Of a stretch of 64,000 nt of DNA, positions 61,770-64,000 are shown one piece after another. How positions within the stretch are numbered: position 1 is the stretch's first letter; each line of letters starts with the position of its first letter. Made by a program: the position numbers and the translations under genes. The stretch is from Kiritimatiellia bacterium (GTDB lineage Bacteria; Verrucomicrobiota; Kiritimatiellia; RFP12; JBMNHG01), in the NCBI GenBank assembly GCA_050950285.1, contig JBMNHG010000003.1, forward strand, positions 62,001-126,000. Direction: 5' to 3'. The notes below the pieces were generated by a model. That model had not been told where the DNA came from. It was given only the letters and a program-made list of their open reading frames with translations, and did no database searches.

Positions 61770-62924
61770 ATGATCCTCCCCTCTTCCCTTCGGATTCCGC
61801 CCTGCGTGCTCGCGGGCGAAGGCTCCCTTGCGAAACTCCCGCCGCTGGCGATGGAGAAGGGTCGTCGCGGCGTGTTCGTGCACGGCGGGGCCCTTGCGGG
61901 CGGCGAAGCCCGTTCTTCGCTGGATGCCGCCTTCCGTGCGGCGGGACTCGACGTGGTCCCCTGCCGCCATCGCGGTGGCGAGCCGACGCTGGAAGAGGTC
62001 GAAGCGCTTCGCTCGATTCTCCGCGAGACCCGGGCCGACTGGGTTCTCGCCGCCGGCGGCGGGAGCGTCCTCGATCTTGCGAAGGCGGCCGCCGGTCTCG
62101 CCGGGGCGCCCGCCGCCGCGGCCGACTATCAGGCGGGGGCGGCCATTCCGCCTTCCCGCCTTCCCTTTCTCGCGGCTCCCACCACCGCCGGCACCGGATC
62201 GGAGGCCACGGAGGTTGCCGTGCTCACGAACCCTGCGAAGAGCCTCAAGCAATCCATCCGCCACCCAAGCTTCCTGCCGTGCACGGTGGCCCTCGATCCG
62301 GCGCTTTTGCGCGACTGCCCCGCGCCGGTGCTCGCCGCGTCGGGCATGGACGCGCTCACGCAGGCCTTCGAATCCCTCACCAGCAACAAGGCCACGCCCT
62401 TCACCCGCGCCCTGTCCGAGTTGTCGCTCGTGCGCCTGGCGAAGGCGCTTCCCGCGGCCTACCGCGGCGATCGTTCGGCCGACGTGCTGGCGGACCTGCT
62501 CGAGGGGAGCTTTCTGGCGGGGGTTGCGCTTTCCCATGCGCGGCTGGGCGTGGTGCATGGCCTGGCGCATCCGCTCGGCGTCCGCTGGGGCATTCCGCAT
62601 GGGCAAGCCTGCGCCATCTGCCTGCCCGCCGCGCTGGCGTTCAACGCCCCCGTGATTGCCGGGGATCTGGCCCGCATCGAGGAGCTCCTGGGAACGCCGT
62701 TCCCCCGGCTGGTCGAGGATTTCCTCCGGGAATTCCACATCGAATCGCCGCTTCGGGGGAAGGCCCCCGACGAAGACGTCCTCGCCGCCATCGTCCGCGA
62801 GACCCTCGCCTCCGGCTCCACCGCCGCAAATCCGCGCCCCGTGGACGCCGCCGCCGTCCGCGCCCTCCTGGACGTGCTTTTCGCCGCGGATCCGGACGCC
62901 CGACCTCCCCGCGTGCGCCCTTGA
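61770..62924 (+). CDS. Iron-containing alcohol dehydrogenase family protein
   Basis: GGGSVLD, PTTAGTGSEAT, GMDALTQAFES, GVVHGLAH, HG. Confidence 0.92.
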   Translation: MILPSSLRIPPCVLAGEGSLAKLPPLAMEKGRRGVFVHGGALAGGEARSSLDAAFRAAGLDVVPCRHRGGEPTLEEVEALRSILRETRADWVLAAGGGSVLDLAKAAAGLAGAPAAAADYQAGAAIPPSRLPFLAAPTTAGTGSEATEVAVLTNPAKSLKQSIRHPSFLPCTVALDPALLRDCPAPVLAASGMDALTQAFESLTSNKATPFTRALSELSLVRLAKALPAAYRGDRSADVLADLLEGSFLAGVALSHARLGVVHGLAHPLGVRWGIPHGQACAICLPAALAFNAPVIAGDLARIEELLGTPFPRLVEDFLREFHIESPLRGKAPDEDVLAAIVRETLASGSTAANPRPVDAAAVRALLDVLFAADPDARPPRVRP

Positions 62925-62967
62925 CAAACGGATGGACACGCCTCCCCTGTTGCCGTACCCTTCCCCC

Positions 62968-64000
62968 ATGCACCCGGTAGAAGAAGCCGCCGCCGATGCC
63001 CCCGCCGCCCCGCGCCCGAGACGCTGGGGGACGGCCGCCCTCAAATTGGCGGTAAGCCTCGGGCTTCTGTGGTTCCTCTACTCCAAGCAAGACATCCGCG
63101 AACTCGCGAAGGCCGCCGCCGGCGCCGACTGGCGCTGGCTCGCCCTCGCCTACGCGCTGATGATCCTGAACACCGTGGTCAACACGGCCAAGTGGAGGCT
63201 CCTCCTCGCGGCGGACGCGATCCACCTTCCCTTCCCCAGCCTCTGGGCAAGCCATCTGATCGGGGCGTTCTTCAACCTCTTCCTGCCTTCGACCATCGGT
63301 GGCGACGCCTACCGCATCGCCGATGTCGGGCGCCGCACGGGCCGGACCGCGCGTGCGGCCGCCTCGATCCTCGTCGAGCGCATCACCGGCTTTTTTGCGC
63401 TGTCGGCATACGGCTTCGCGGCGTCGTTCCTGGCGCGTCCGCTTGTCGCCCGCTGGCAGGACTGGTACGTCCTCCCCTCGCTGGTGGCGATGGTGGCGCT
63501 GATTGGCGTGGCGGTCGCCCTCTGCATTCCCGGCTTCGCCCGCTTCTGCTGCCGCTTCGTGCCCGGGAGGAGACTTCGTGCGAAGGTCGAAGGCGTCGCC
63601 CTCCAGATCCTCGATGCGATGGGCTCCACCGTCCGCCACCCGGTCGTGCTGGCGCGCGCCCTGGCCCTCTCCTTCCTCTTCCAGTTCAATTTGATCCTCG
63701 CCGTGTGGGCCATCACCCGGGCGATTCCGCCCTCGATCCTCCCCGTTGCCGTGCCCTTCGCGCTCTTCTTCCTCTTCGTGCCGGTCAAGGCCTTCCTGGA
63801 GATGATCCCCGTCTCGGTCTTTGGCCTTGGCCTGCGCGACCTCGGGTACGCGCTCTTCATGTTCGCGGCGGGCGTCGCGGCCACGCTGGACGACTCCCGC
63901 GTGGCGGGCATCATCTCCTCCCTCGAAGTGCTTCTCACCATCCTCTACGTCCTTCCCGGCGGAATCCTCTTTGTCCTCCGCCCGAAGGCAACCGTCGTAA
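62968..64000 (+). CDS. Lysylphosphatidylglycerol-synthase TM-domain (UPF0104) membrane protein, 3' truncated by window edge
   Basis: Missed by the ORF track; LKLAVSLGLLWFLY, KWRLLL, FFNLFLPSTIGGDAYR, ER, PVSVFGLGLRD; no stop before 64000. Confidence 0.85.
   Translation, partial: MHPVEEAAADAPAAPRPRRWGTAALKLAVSLGLLWFLYSKQDIRELAKAAAGADWRWLALAYALMILNTVVNTAKWRLLLAADAIHLPFPSLWASHLIGAFFNLFLPSTIGGDAYRIADVGRRTGRTARAAASILVERITGFFALSAYGFAASFLARPLVARWQDWYVLPSLVAMVALIGVAVALCIPGFARFCCRFVPGRRLRAKVEGVALQILDAMGSTVRHPVVLARALALSFLFQFNLILAVWAITRAIPPSILPVAVPFALFFLFVPVKAFLEMIPVSVFGLGLRDLGYALFMFAAGVAATLDDSRVAGIISSLEVLLTILYVLPGGILFVLRPKATVV

Noticed and set aside
62921..62926. TTGACA as the -35 box for the last gene
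   Set aside because: No -10 at a suitable spacing; TGGACA-17-TACCCT fits better.

Overview
High-GC bacterial chromosome segment, most likely from the PVC superphylum (Kiritimatiellia/Lentisphaeria-like). This is an inference from the rpsP-trmD-rplS-rnhB order without rimM, an LTD-CotH protein, C-terminal GTLxxxR/FFRL-type tails and many large secreted carbohydrate-active enzymes. Contents in order: a compositionally distinct ilvH-ilvC-ilvD-leuA-cimA-leuC-leuD-leuB operon (leuB has a 1-nt frameshift); a RAYT transposase remnant; dnaX-ybaB-recR; translation genes (epmA, RluB-like, queH, lepA, rpsP-trmD-rplS, rnhB); many SGNH esterases and glycoside-hydrolase-like proteins; NfeD/SPFH; a CotH kinase; a Tad-like locus (CpaB, FHA-fused CpaF ATPase, TadB, TadC, FHA-TM protein, PEGA protein) converging on a secreted serpin; two GH42-like giants; a beta-barrel porin; an Fe-ADH; and a partial membrane protein. 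The most interesting signals are: (i) the FHA-equipped Tad module without pilin or secretin, reminiscent of myxobacterial Kil systems; (ii) a two-copy MITE family with 18-bp TIRs carrying REP-like hairpins; (iii) a collapsed secreted-protein gene that keeps only its promoter, N-terminus and C-terminal anchor; (iv) a degenerate attC-like site in a lower-GC islet; (v) recurrent leaderless-mRNA promoter architecture; and (vi) 9-nt-period inverted repeat arrays. No tRNA, rRNA or CRISPR array was recognised. All calls come from reading motifs by eye; no searches were run.
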